Positions 37,341 to 45,611 of a stretch of DNA of 64,000 bases are shown in pieces. Each line of letters starts with the position of its first letter. Within the stretch, counting starts at the first letter, position 1. Under the pieces are notes generated by a model. That model was not told the DNA's origin. It did no database searches and was given only the letters and a program-made list of their open reading frames with translations. The position numbers and the translations under genes were made by a program. This DNA is from Candidatus Bathyarchaeota archaeon (GTDB lineage Archaea; Thermoproteota; Bathyarchaeia; Bathyarchaeales; Bathycorpusculaceae), in the NCBI GenBank assembly GCA_026014735.1, contig JAOZHT010000004.1, forward strand, positions 93,321 to 157,320, read 5' to 3'.

Positions 37341-37771
37341 GTGTTTCCCCTCTCAATTCCACTGTGTATGAAACGATCATTTATTTAATTTTCGATTTTA
37401 TACAGCAAAAACGTTTCTTCATCGAATCATACAAGAACATAATTGGATGCAAATGAACACGGTGAAACGACAGCCCAGTTAATTGCCGTTAAACCAGCAA
37501 CTCAAAACAAACCAATCCACCCTGCCACCTCACCCCTCAACAGATAAAAATTTGCGGCGGCTTAACATCTAAAACCGCTCACACACAACCCAAACAAAAA
37601 ATTAACCATCAAACAGCAAAGCGGTTATCCATGAGAGAGGACTCTGCAAAGCGCAGTTAACAAGAACAAAAAATCCCCTACAGTGAAGCGAACGCTGTTT
37701 TGCTATTAGGCAAAATAGGCTTGATAAGAACAGTTATTTTTTGTGAAGCACCATGCGGGTTTGTGATCGAT

Positions 37772-38005
37772 ATGGACATTGCATACCAAGAGGGCATCCG
37801 GAAAAGCAAGCTAAAAAGCACCAGTGAAGAAAACATGCAACCTCAAATGCCCGAGATCCGATGTAGCTGCGGAAAAAAAATCCTAATCGTGCCAGATTTA
37901 GCCGCGATGAGCCTCGCGATAAAGAGACATAAAGAGGAACATCAAGATGTCGACGAAGAATTACTCGTAGAGGAAATCCTCAAAACCCTAGCAGAAACCA
38001 AGTGA
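37772..38005 (+). CDS. Hypothetical small protein
   Basis: ATG-initiated part of the 37700..38005 ORF (MDIAYQEG...IRCSCGKKILIVPD...KRHKEEHQD). The start is uncertain and no family was recognised. Confidence 0.3.
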   Translation: MDIAYQEGIRKSKLKSTSEENMQPQMPEIRCSCGKKILIVPDLAAMSLAIKRHKEEHQDVDEELLVEEILKTLAETK

Positions 38006-38011
38006 AATTTC

Positions 38012-38470
38012 GTGGGCATCATCGGAGTATTAGCGCTTTTTACATCAGCTAAACTACCACAAGAGGCTATATTGGGGGCACCTTATAGTTTTGTGGGGAT
38101 TTTTAATTTGATAACACAAGAAAACGAAACAAAGGATAGTTCAACCATCCTTAGGACCGTTCCGTTTGAAAGCGGCTTCCATTTTAGAACCGAGCAGGGA
38201 ACCTACACGGGATTAACCGCTACCAGCCTTCAAGACTTCGCCTCTAAACTAAATGATGTGGAGGATGAATCGGTCAGCTACCACTATTACCGCGGCGACT
38301 TTCAACGCTGGATAGAGGACACCTTAGGCGACAAAGAATTCGCTGATAGCCTATGCTTCATAGACAGAGACATCAGCGTAAGCGAACTTAAAGCGGAACT
38401 GCTCAAGCTGCTGGATAAAAGAATCACCGAGCTTGAAGGGCTAAAGTGGGTTGAAACCGAGGGCATTTAG
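38012..38470 (+). CDS. Hypothetical protein
   Basis: 152-aa ORF (GTG start) with a conserved-looking C-terminal half (FHFRTEQGTYTGLTATSLQDFASKL...YHYYRGDFQRWIEDTLGDKEFADSL). The family is not confidently recognised. Confidence 0.4.
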   Translation: MGIIGVLALFTSAKLPQEAILGAPYSFVGIFNLITQENETKDSSTILRTVPFESGFHFRTEQGTYTGLTATSLQDFASKLNDVEDESVSYHYYRGDFQRWIEDTLGDKEFADSLCFIDRDISVSELKAELLKLLDKRITELEGLKWVETEGI

Positions 38471-38568
38471 CAGAAATTCAGGGCACAAAGTGCTTACCGC
38501 GTCATGCCAGTGGAATCTGGAGACAGGCCTTTAAAATAAACTCTTAACTGCCTCGTTCCCGCATTTGT

Positions 38569-38739
38569 TTACCGTATGGCTTCGGTGAGCCGCGAGTCTC
38601 GTCTTGTGCTGGTGACCTCTTTGAAAAGCTCCAGACATTCCTCTTTGGTTGGCGCTTCGATGGCTATGCTGCCGTAGGCGCCAATGTCTATTCTATAGTT
38701 TTTAGGTTCTTTTCGTGCTCTCTCTTCAAATTCACTCAT
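38569..38739 (-). CDS. Possible 56-aa miniprotein
   Basis: ATG ORF MSEFEERARKEPKNYRIDIGAYGSIAIEAPTKEECLELFKEVTSTRRDSRLTEAIR, below the ORF-track cutoff. It is preceded by GAGAGGGG (SD-like) and GGATATAATACC (TATA-like) on the same strand. Confidence 0.3.
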   Translation of the reverse strand: MSEFEERARKEPKNYRIDIGAYGSIAIEAPTKEECLELFKEVTSTRRDSRLTEAIR

Positions 38740-38826
38740 ATTTTCCCCTCTCTGTGAGAATAGAAAATGATATGCTTCGCGGTATTATATCCTTAATGTC
38801 GTCTCAGCGTTCAGCGACTTTAGCGG

Positions 38827-41214
38827 CTAACAGCATAACCTCAGACGAATAAATGACAAAAACAGGAATTTTCTTTGGTTAAACTGGATGAACTGCTCTA
38901 TAGATGACCAGCAGCTCTCTAAATACACCTGAACTCCATCGACTTGAACCTGAAAAATGGCTACCTCTTGATTAGCAAACACCAAGCTAAACATTGGGTC
39001 GCTGATGAAGCGTTCAAGCTCAGAGAAGTCACGTAGGACAATGTAGGAAGCGTTTAGGTTCAATATTGCTTGACGGTAATCAAAGAGGTCAAGCGGAGAA
39101 TCAATTGTTTTTTCAGCGCAGGTTATCGAATTGTTGGCTAACAGCGTTAAGAGACCTGCCTGTGTAGCGGATGCCGAGTCAAGCTGGGGGTACTCGAAAA
39201 CCGCGACGGAAAAACTAACCTCCTGATAGTGACCTGTAAGCGAGAAGAGCATATCAAAAGAACCCTCAGATGCCTGCGCCACAGTGGGGTATAAAACAGC
39301 GAAAATCAGTTGCCCCGCCGCATCCACATACGGATCCTTTAGCCCAATGTATGAGTTGTTTTCAACGATAATTTCACTGTTAGTCTGCACCCCAAAGCTG
39401 ATGCTGATAAAGTCGACAGCGGAGTCACCACTGGATATGGTTTGGGTCATATTGACAAAGCCCATGCCTTGGTTAACTGTGGCTTTTTGAGTCAGATTAA
39501 AAAACGCATTTTCCCATGTAACACAGATAGCTGCCGAGTTAGACGAGTTCTCAAGATGCATTTCCTTAAGCGTAAGCTCTGAAACCTTAACCATGCGTAC
39601 TTCTCCACCGACGCTATAGGTGATGACGGTTTGGCTGTTGTTGAAGTTGAGGAAGGGATAGGGATAATACTGGTTGCTTAATTTGACAAGGAACTGAGGG
39701 TTACAAGCTGCCAGATAGCCTCCGTCCTCTCTAATTTGGAGCAACCCGTTATCAACCAGATAGTCGGTGTCAAGAAGCCGAATCGCCAACTGGGCAGGCA
39801 CAAATTCTCGTGCGTTGGTAAGAAAAATCGGCTCCACGCCACCCACAGTTTTCCGCTGGGCGCCTCCAAGCCACCAGCCATACAAGGCATCAGATACCAA
39901 AACGGAATCCGGCGGCGTGTTGGTTTTGATCCACTGCATCGCCTCGTAGCCCGGCTGAGTCATAACTTGAAGTCCTTTCTGCAAGCGGAAGCCTTCAGGG
40001 GGAGTCATGGAGAAGTGGGGCAGCCAGAAAAAGGCGGCAAGAATCAAGATAGCCGCGAAAAACGCTGTGAGTGCACGGTTGGATGGATGGGAAATGCCGC
40101 GAGTCTGGATACAGGCAAGTCTTGTTTGAAGCAGCCGCATCGGAGCGGATAGCAGTTGCTTGCTGTTTTTCGCTAATAGCTGAGCGCCGAAAAAGATGCC
40201 GGCTCCCACCAGAATGGTCAGTGGCAAGGCAGCGAAGTAGAGGAAGCGTTCGTAGTCCATGTATAAGCCCACGAGGTAGGATTGAGTTAGGACAGTTGGG
40301 ATAATCAGCCATGAGGCAAAGAGAAGGGTGGTGAATCGCATATTTACTTGGGTGTACTTGAGGAGTGCAGGGTACAGTAGGGAAATGGCGAAGAAGGGCA
40401 TAACAAACTGCACAGGGATAAGCCTCATGGGAAGCAGCAGGCTTTGAATATCCGGTGAGCCACCAGTGTACAGGGGCGAGTTCAGGTTCAGATAGAAAGG
40501 AGCGGCCTGAACTAGGAAGGGCAAGACCACCAAGGCGCCGACGAAGGGGGGAATAAGCCATTCCAAAACCTCTTTCCTCCCAACGCCCACCTGATGCGGA
40601 AAACACAGACCCATCAGAACCACAGCAGAAACTATCGCCATAAACAGGACGGCGCTAAGAGAATGCGTAAGAAATATAGTTGCTGAAAGCAGTGAAGCCA
40701 CCGCTAAACGCGGCATCCTTGAAAACCGGTTTTTCTCTAGCAGCAGATAGAATACCAGTGGAATAAGCGTCAGAGTGACAGTGTTTGGGTAGCCTGACCA
40801 CAGCAACATGAAGATGTCATAGTATGAAACCCCCACTAGGAAAGCAACGATTAACGCTGCGGATTCATTGAAGACCCGACGAGTCATCAAGAAGGCAACA
40901 AGCACCAGCAGCGAAGAGAAAAGCACCGCGGCAAGCGCCTGCGCTAAATAATCGGGCAGCGCCGTGAAAAACATGATGCTTGAAACGAATATGTGGAAGC
41001 CGGGAAACGTGTTTGAGGTGCCGCCGCCCATATGGTAGTAGTTCCACATATAGTCTGTGCCGCCGCCCTGCGTTATAGAGTAGATGAGGCTGTTGTGGAG
41101 TCCGATGTCGGCTCCGGGCGGGAATCCTGTGTCCAAAACGAGGACGACGCGGTAGATGGCGGCAAACAAAGCGATGAGGAGGAGTAAAACATAGCTTTTT
41201 TTGGTCCCCAGCAT
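38827..41214 (-). CDS. GT-C-fold membrane glycosyltransferase-like protein (STT3/AglB- or AglS/PMT-like), paralog 1
   Basis: About 13 predicted TM helices, then a ~370-aa extracytoplasmic domain. The junction YEAMQWIKTNTPPDSVLVSDALYGWWLGG resembles the WWDYG region of oligosaccharyltransferases but lacks WWD. It is strongly similar to 45612..47912. Confidence 0.65.
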   Translation of the reverse strand: MLGTKKSYVLLLLIALFAAIYRVVLVLDTGFPPGADIGLHNSLIYSITQGGGTDYMWNYYHMGGGTSNTFPGFHIFVSSIMFFTALPDYLAQALAAVLFSSLLVLVAFLMTRRVFNESAALIVAFLVGVSYYDIFMLLWSGYPNTVTLTLIPLVFYLLLEKNRFSRMPRLAVASLLSATIFLTHSLSAVLFMAIVSAVVLMGLCFPHQVGVGRKEVLEWLIPPFVGALVVLPFLVQAAPFYLNLNSPLYTGGSPDIQSLLLPMRLIPVQFVMPFFAISLLYPALLKYTQVNMRFTTLLFASWLIIPTVLTQSYLVGLYMDYERFLYFAALPLTILVGAGIFFGAQLLAKNSKQLLSAPMRLLQTRLACIQTRGISHPSNRALTAFFAAILILAAFFWLPHFSMTPPEGFRLQKGLQVMTQPGYEAMQWIKTNTPPDSVLVSDALYGWWLGGAQRKTVGGVEPIFLTNAREFVPAQLAIRLLDTDYLVDNGLLQIREDGGYLAACNPQFLVKLSNQYYPYPFLNFNNSQTVITYSVGGEVRMVKVSELTLKEMHLENSSNSAAICVTWENAFFNLTQKATVNQGMGFVNMTQTISSGDSAVDFISISFGVQTNSEIIVENNSYIGLKDPYVDAAGQLIFAVLYPTVAQASEGSFDMLFSLTGHYQEVSFSVAVFEYPQLDSASATQAGLLTLLANNSITCAEKTIDSPLDLFDYRQAILNLNASYIVLRDFSELERFISDPMFSLVFANQEVAIFQVQVDGVQVYLESCWSSIEQFIQFNQRKFLFLSFIRLRLCC

Positions 41215-41319
41215 TCCTGCCTTTTCCCCAGTGCTCAGATAGCAGGTTGCCAGTTAAATGGTTTCCTAACATAGAGGGAATGGAATTAGAGAATTTGTGG
41301 CAGGTGGGTTTTCTAAAAC

Positions 41320-41327
41320 TTTATAAT
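41320..41327 (+). promoter_or_regulatory. TATA-like box (TTTATAAT) upstream of the deacetylase/radical-SAM pair
   Basis: Located about 35 nt upstream of the TTG start at 41360, in the 145-bp divergent spacer between paralog 1 and the CE4 gene. Confidence 0.35.
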
Positions 41328-41359
41328 TCCCCACGGTCAAGTGACATTCGGCGATTTGC

Positions 41360-42106
41360 TTGATTGCTTTGCCTGAGCTGATTTCAAACGTGAACTGGCT
41401 GCTTTCAAACCCCATCGACTTAAAGGGGCTAACAGGGGATATTTGGGCTTGGGCATCGGTTCCCCATGTAAAGGGGGTTTTGAGTGAGCTACTGGCAGTT
41501 CTTAAAAAACACGATGTTTCTGCAACTTTTTTTATTTCAGGGGTCTGCGCCCGGCAGAACAGAGAGGAGGTGCGTGGGATAGCTGAGGCTGGACACGAGA
41601 TAGGGCTCCATGGCTATAGACACGTCCCCTATGATATGCCCAAAGCCGAAATGCTCCGGGACATGGCGGAAGCAGTTTCGGTTTTCCGGGAAATGAGCAT
41701 CGGCGTCACCGGTTTTAGGGCGCCATGGCTAATTTCCAACGAAGACACCTACCGCACAGCTCAACGGTTCGGCTTAACGTATGTGTCTAATTACAGCGCC
41801 AAAAAAGGTCCCCAAAAACTCGAAAAGTACAATCTGGTGGAGCTGCCGATTTACCTTGAAGACCAGTCGCTGCTGAAAAGCAACGCCGTGCAGATTCTGC
41901 TGGACTCGGCCCAAGCAGGAAGAGTGTTCGAGTTTCATCTGCTGTATGTGCGGCGCAGCATGCAGATCCTCGATGAATTTCTAGGCAAACTGGAAATCGA
42001 TGCAACAACCCTCTCTGAAGTTGCCGCTGGACAAGGTGGTGTGGGATTGTCGTTTGATATTGCGTATTTGAATCGGATGGAGTTAATTAAAAAGCTGCTT
42101 TCCTGA
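41360..42106 (+). CDS. Polysaccharide deacetylase (NodB homology / CE4 family)
   Basis: VSATFFISGVCA....EEVR.IAEAGHEIGLHGYRHVPY and FRAPW motifs are typical of NodB-domain deacetylases. TTG start. Confidence 0.8.
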   Translation: MIALPELISNVNWLLSNPIDLKGLTGDIWAWASVPHVKGVLSELLAVLKKHDVSATFFISGVCARQNREEVRGIAEAGHEIGLHGYRHVPYDMPKAEMLRDMAEAVSVFREMSIGVTGFRAPWLISNEDTYRTAQRFGLTYVSNYSAKKGPQKLEKYNLVELPIYLEDQSLLKSNAVQILLDSAQAGRVFEFHLLYVRRSMQILDEFLGKLEIDATTLSEVAAGQGGVGLSFDIAYLNRMELIKKLLS

Positions 42107-42107
42107 A

Positions 42108-43241
42108 GTGAAATGCTTGAGTGAACTCTTCCTGAACCTTAAAGACGTAGATTTCCAGTATAAATCAAAGGTTTTCTTTGGAATACTATCAAAAAGAGCC
42201 ATGGCTGGCCCATACTTAGTTGTGGTGGCAAGCCAGTACCGATGCAACCACCAATGTATATTCTGCAAGTGGTTCTCACCGATGGCAAAAAAGACAAACC
42301 CGGCTAATTCAAGCATAAACATGGACGTTTACAGGCAGCTTATAGATGAGTTAGCCGCGTTAGGCACCAAGGTCATCCTAATCGGCAACAATGAAGAACC
42401 ATTCATGGATAACCAGTTGACCGAGAAGATTCAATACGCCAAGCAACATGGCTTAGGCTGCTTCGTGATAACCAACGGTTCCCTGCTGACCCAAGAGAAA
42501 GCAGAGAAACTCGTGGACTACCGGCTTGATTACCTTAACGTGAGTTTAAACGCGGCGACACCCCAAACTTACCCGCGAATAAACACAACTGCAACCGACA
42601 AAACCTTCAGCCAGATAGTCTCGACGGTTTCTTTTATCGAGAAACTAAAAGAAGAAAAAGAGTCACTATTTCCCCGCATCCGTTTATCGATGGTGGTTTG
42701 CAACCGTAACTATCAGGACATCGGAGAATTCGTTGAGTTATGCAAGCGGGCTGGGGTGAGAAGCGCGCGGATAAAGCGGCTGATTTGCTCCTCAAAAGAA
42801 ATGGAAGATGAGCTTGAGCTTTCCGCTAGGCAGGAGCAGGAAACCAAAGACCAACTGACTTCGGCCCTAAAATCCGCGGAAAAATACGGCGTCAGCATAG
42901 ATATGGAATGGTCAGAATGGGATAACTCACAGGAAACAGAGCTTAAAGAGAGCCTGCCATGCTATTACGGTTGGCTCTTCAGTGTGGTGGATGCAGATGG
43001 CAGCGTGTATCCCTGCTGCTTCCCAGCGAACGGCGCATCATGCGGTTTTGGCAACATCAACCAAACGGGTTTCCGCAACATCTGGTTCTCCGAGAAATAT
43101 CGACAATTCCGAAAGAAAAGCAGTGACATCGAGGGACGAAGACAAATGGGATATCAGTGTAATCAGCCCTCATGCTTCTTTAACAACATGCAGGTTCATG
43201 AAATTCTGCATAAACCCCACCGCTTCCTAACACAGCTATAA
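42108..43241 (+). CDS. Radical SAM enzyme with C-terminal SPASM/twitch-type Cys-rich domain
   Basis: CNHQCIFC = the CxxxCxxC radical-SAM cluster motif. The C-terminal CYYGW...DADGSVYPCCF....CGFGNI......W......F....CNQPSCFFN has SPASM-like cysteine spacing. It starts 1 nt after the CE4 stop. Confidence 0.8.
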   Translation: MKCLSELFLNLKDVDFQYKSKVFFGILSKRAMAGPYLVVVASQYRCNHQCIFCKWFSPMAKKTNPANSSINMDVYRQLIDELAALGTKVILIGNNEEPFMDNQLTEKIQYAKQHGLGCFVITNGSLLTQEKAEKLVDYRLDYLNVSLNAATPQTYPRINTTATDKTFSQIVSTVSFIEKLKEEKESLFPRIRLSMVVCNRNYQDIGEFVELCKRAGVRSARIKRLICSSKEMEDELELSARQEQETKDQLTSALKSAEKYGVSIDMEWSEWDNSQETELKESLPCYYGWLFSVVDADGSVYPCCFPANGASCGFGNINQTGFRNIWFSEKYRQFRKKSSDIEGRRQMGYQCNQPSCFFNNMQVHEILHKPHRFLTQL

Positions 43242-44650
43242 TTTCCCAGATTCAGGGTTTTTCCAAATGTGAGTTGGTTGTAATTTCCCAAGACTTCAAA
43301 GATGTCGTATCGGCTGTTTTGGTAAACTAAGTGCAGAAACGGGCTCTTTGCTAGTTCAGGCAGAAAAGCTGTGCCTAGAGCCGCGTTGGTCTGATAATCA
43401 AATTGGCTTTGGTCATAGACAATGAAGCGGATGTTGTTTTCCGTTAGGTACTCTTTGTAGCTGCGTGACACCATGGGAAAGGGTGATGCTTTAAGGCTAA
43501 AGAGGCCGGGCAAGCCTTCGGGTTGGAGCGAGGGATAGGTGTCTTTTGTGAGCGCTAAAACCTGGTATTGCCGGCTGACGTTTTGGTTGGCACGGATTTG
43601 CTCAAATTGGTATTGGTAGCGGATTGCATCGATTTGGCGCGTAGCTATTGCGCCGATGTTTCCCCAAGTGGGCAAGTCCGTGAAGTTCATGGCGAAGGCG
43701 GTTTGTTTTTCTTGGTCATAAAGGCCAATGTAGTAGTCATGCATATCTGAACTGGAAAAATCAACGCTCACCCAAGATGCGCTGACAATTTTCGATGGCA
43801 TATCCCAGGGGTTAGTCCAATCCATGAATCCGGGTATCTGGGCTTTATCGAAGTGGAATTCGTGATCAAAGGAAGTCACTAAAGACAGGGTTACATTGGA
43901 GATATCAGCGGTTAAGGGAGTAACTGACCAGGAGATGTTGAGGGGGTACTGGTCATTTTGGGCAAGCAAGGTCTGGGTTAGGGCCACTTGATGGTTGAAG
44001 TAGCTGAATTCGATAGTTTTGGAGCCGTTTGCTTTTTCATTTAACAGGACGGTTCGGCTCAGCTCTGAGAGAACAACAGTGTAATCTACACCGTTTTGAG
44101 TAAACGATAGGAAGTCCCCTTCAAGCGACGAGTAGGAAACCCGGCGCCACAGCTGATTCAGCGAGACATAGGTTTCGTCGGTGACATTATCAATGGGCTC
44201 GTAGGCCCTCAGCATAGTTTGGGGCGCCTCGATTTGGTAATCAAAAGTTAAAATTGAATCGGCAACCGAGTTTGCACCTTCCCAATCGTAGGTCTGCGCG
44301 ATTACAGGTTTCTCCGAAAAAACGGCGAACCAAGCACCGGGATTTAAGGTAACCACAACGTTTGCGGCGTCAGGGTAGTTTTTGCTAAGCCACACTCCAG
44401 CCTCATAGGTGGTTATGTCGGCTCGGGAATTGTAAGCAGCATCCATCAGGACTTCCGCTGAGGTGTTGTAAATATGGAAACCGATTAATGGGCAACCCAC
44501 CAGCGCAATTAAGGCGATGGAGACTATCTTTAGTCGCCTTCTATGCAAGAGCTGCCTATTTCTGAAAAGCGCCGAGATTTTTTCAGCGGCAAAGAAAACG
44601 CAGACGCAGCAAAAATGGCAATTGGAGGCGCCAAGTAGTAGATAAACCAT
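43196..44650 (-). CDS. C-terminal (extracytoplasmic) half of a third GT-C-like paralog, split from 44530..45603 by a frameshift
   Basis: After one TM helix (IVSIALIALVGCPLIGF) it carries TTYEAGVWLSKNYPDAANVVVTLNPGAWF and ends ...SPFLHLVYQNSRYDIFEVL. This is colinear with the ectodomains of paralogs 1 and 2. The first 120 nt overlap the upstream ORF in another frame. Confidence 0.55.
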   Translation of the reverse strand: MVYLLLGASNCHFCCVCVFFAAEKISALFRNRQLLHRRRLKIVSIALIALVGCPLIGFHIYNTSAEVLMDAAYNSRADITTYEAGVWLSKNYPDAANVVVTLNPGAWFAVFSEKPVIAQTYDWEGANSVADSILTFDYQIEAPQTMLRAYEPIDNVTDETYVSLNQLWRRVSYSSLEGDFLSFTQNGVDYTVVLSELSRTVLLNEKANGSKTIEFSYFNHQVALTQTLLAQNDQYPLNISWSVTPLTADISNVTLSLVTSFDHEFHFDKAQIPGFMDWTNPWDMPSKIVSASWVSVDFSSSDMHDYYIGLYDQEKQTAFAMNFTDLPTWGNIGAIATRQIDAIRYQYQFEQIRANQNVSRQYQVLALTKDTYPSLQPEGLPGLFSLKASPFPMVSRSYKEYLTENNIRFIVYDQSQFDYQTNAALGTAFLPELAKSPFLHLVYQNSRYDIFEVLGNYNQLTFGKTLNLGNYSCVRKRWGLCRIS

Positions 44651-45603
44651 TCAAAGGGCAAAAATAACCCGACAAGATAAGATTTCGCAAAAAAGAAGGG
44701 CACTAAAAGGCTAAGCAACAGCGTAACAAAAACAAGCTGCCGTTTCTGCCGCTTAAGCAGGTAGTATCCGACACCGATCCCGCCTAATGCGAGGAACTGT
44801 ATGAAGCCAAAGTAGAGCAGAAAAGACTCAAAGCTTGTGTAGGGAATATCGACCGCATAGTTCTTGTTGCCTAGAAACATGTGGTAGATTGCTACGTCTA
44901 GGTAGCTTGAGACTGCGGGAAAGTAGAAGGCAAAAAAAGCTACAGCAGCGCCAGTGGCGGTTGCGAGGAAGGCTTTGAGGTAGGTTCCCCGAAATTTTAT
45001 CACCATCAAAAGCATAACAGGCAACATTATGATAACTGCAATGAAAGTGGTGAGTTGATGCGCGACGGCGATGGCGAAGGCAGCGAAAAAGGTCACCACC
45101 ATGTAGCCGAATTGTTTAGCTGCGAAGTAGGCGGAATACAGCAGCAGAACAAGAAAAGCCATCCCCAACGCGGTGGTGTAGCCGCCCCATGTGTTAAGAA
45201 AATAAATCGGATAACACATCGATAGAAAAACGGCGGCGAGGGCACCTGTTTTTTTGTTAAAGAATTTTCTGCCGACCAAATAAACAGAGAAAAATACAAG
45301 CCAATCCACAGCCACCGCCAACACTTTCTCCAGAAAAATCTTTTGCCCCACATCAACGATGCCGCCAAACGAAAAAGCCATTGCAAGCAAAACCTCAAAA
45401 AGAGGCGGCAGCCAGCCAACGTTGCCGAGGGAAATTTGCCCCGTCTGCAAGAACATCTGGGCTTTTGCCAGGTGAACTGCGGGGTCGTTTCCCAAAATCA
45501 GCCCGTTAGCGGATATAAGTGCATAGAAAAGGGCAGCGATAAGCAGCGAAAAACCGCCTAGAAAGGCGATTTCAAGTTTTTTTTCTCTTGATAGTTTGTC
45601 CAT
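44530..45603 (-). CDS. N-terminal multi-TM half of the third GT-C-like paralog
   Basis: It is colinear with the TM domains of paralogs 1 and 2 (GNDPAVHLA vs PPGADIGLH; TWGGYTTAL vs WSGYPNTV; AKSYLVGLFLPFEWFIYY vs TQSYLVGLYMDYERFLYF). It stops shortly after an A6 run. The ATG is at 45603. Confidence 0.6.
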   Translation of the reverse strand: MDKLSREKKLEIAFLGGFSLLIAALFYALISANGLILGNDPAVHLAKAQMFLQTGQISLGNVGWLPPLFEVLLAMAFSFGGIVDVGQKIFLEKVLAVAVDWLVFFSVYLVGRKFFNKKTGALAAVFLSMCYPIYFLNTWGGYTTALGMAFLVLLLYSAYFAAKQFGYMVVTFFAAFAIAVAHQLTTFIAVIIMLPVMLLMVIKFRGTYLKAFLATATGAAVAFFAFYFPAVSSYLDVAIYHMFLGNKNYAVDIPYTSFESFLLYFGFIQFLALGGIGVGYYLLKRQKRQLVFVTLLLSLLVPFFFAKSYLVGLFLPFEWFIYYLAPPIAIFAASAFSLPLKKSRRFSEIGSSCIEGD

Positions 45604-45611
45604 CAAAGTGC

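Noticed and set aside
39995-40606. 203-aa minus-strand ORF and the 138-aa plus-strand ORF (39736-40152) inside GT-C paralog 1
   Set aside because: They are alternative-frame or antisense ORFs within a gene whose main frame is validated by its paralog at 45612-47912. Their translations are R/S/P/H-rich with no motifs.
44570-44590. Programmed -1 ribosomal frameshifting as the explanation for the split GT-C paralog
   Set aside because: I did not adopt it as the primary call. The site (G AAA AAA) is only a near-slippery heptamer, I saw no obvious downstream pseudoknot or hairpin, and a homopolymer indel or true pseudogenisation is simpler. It is kept as an alternative in the finding.
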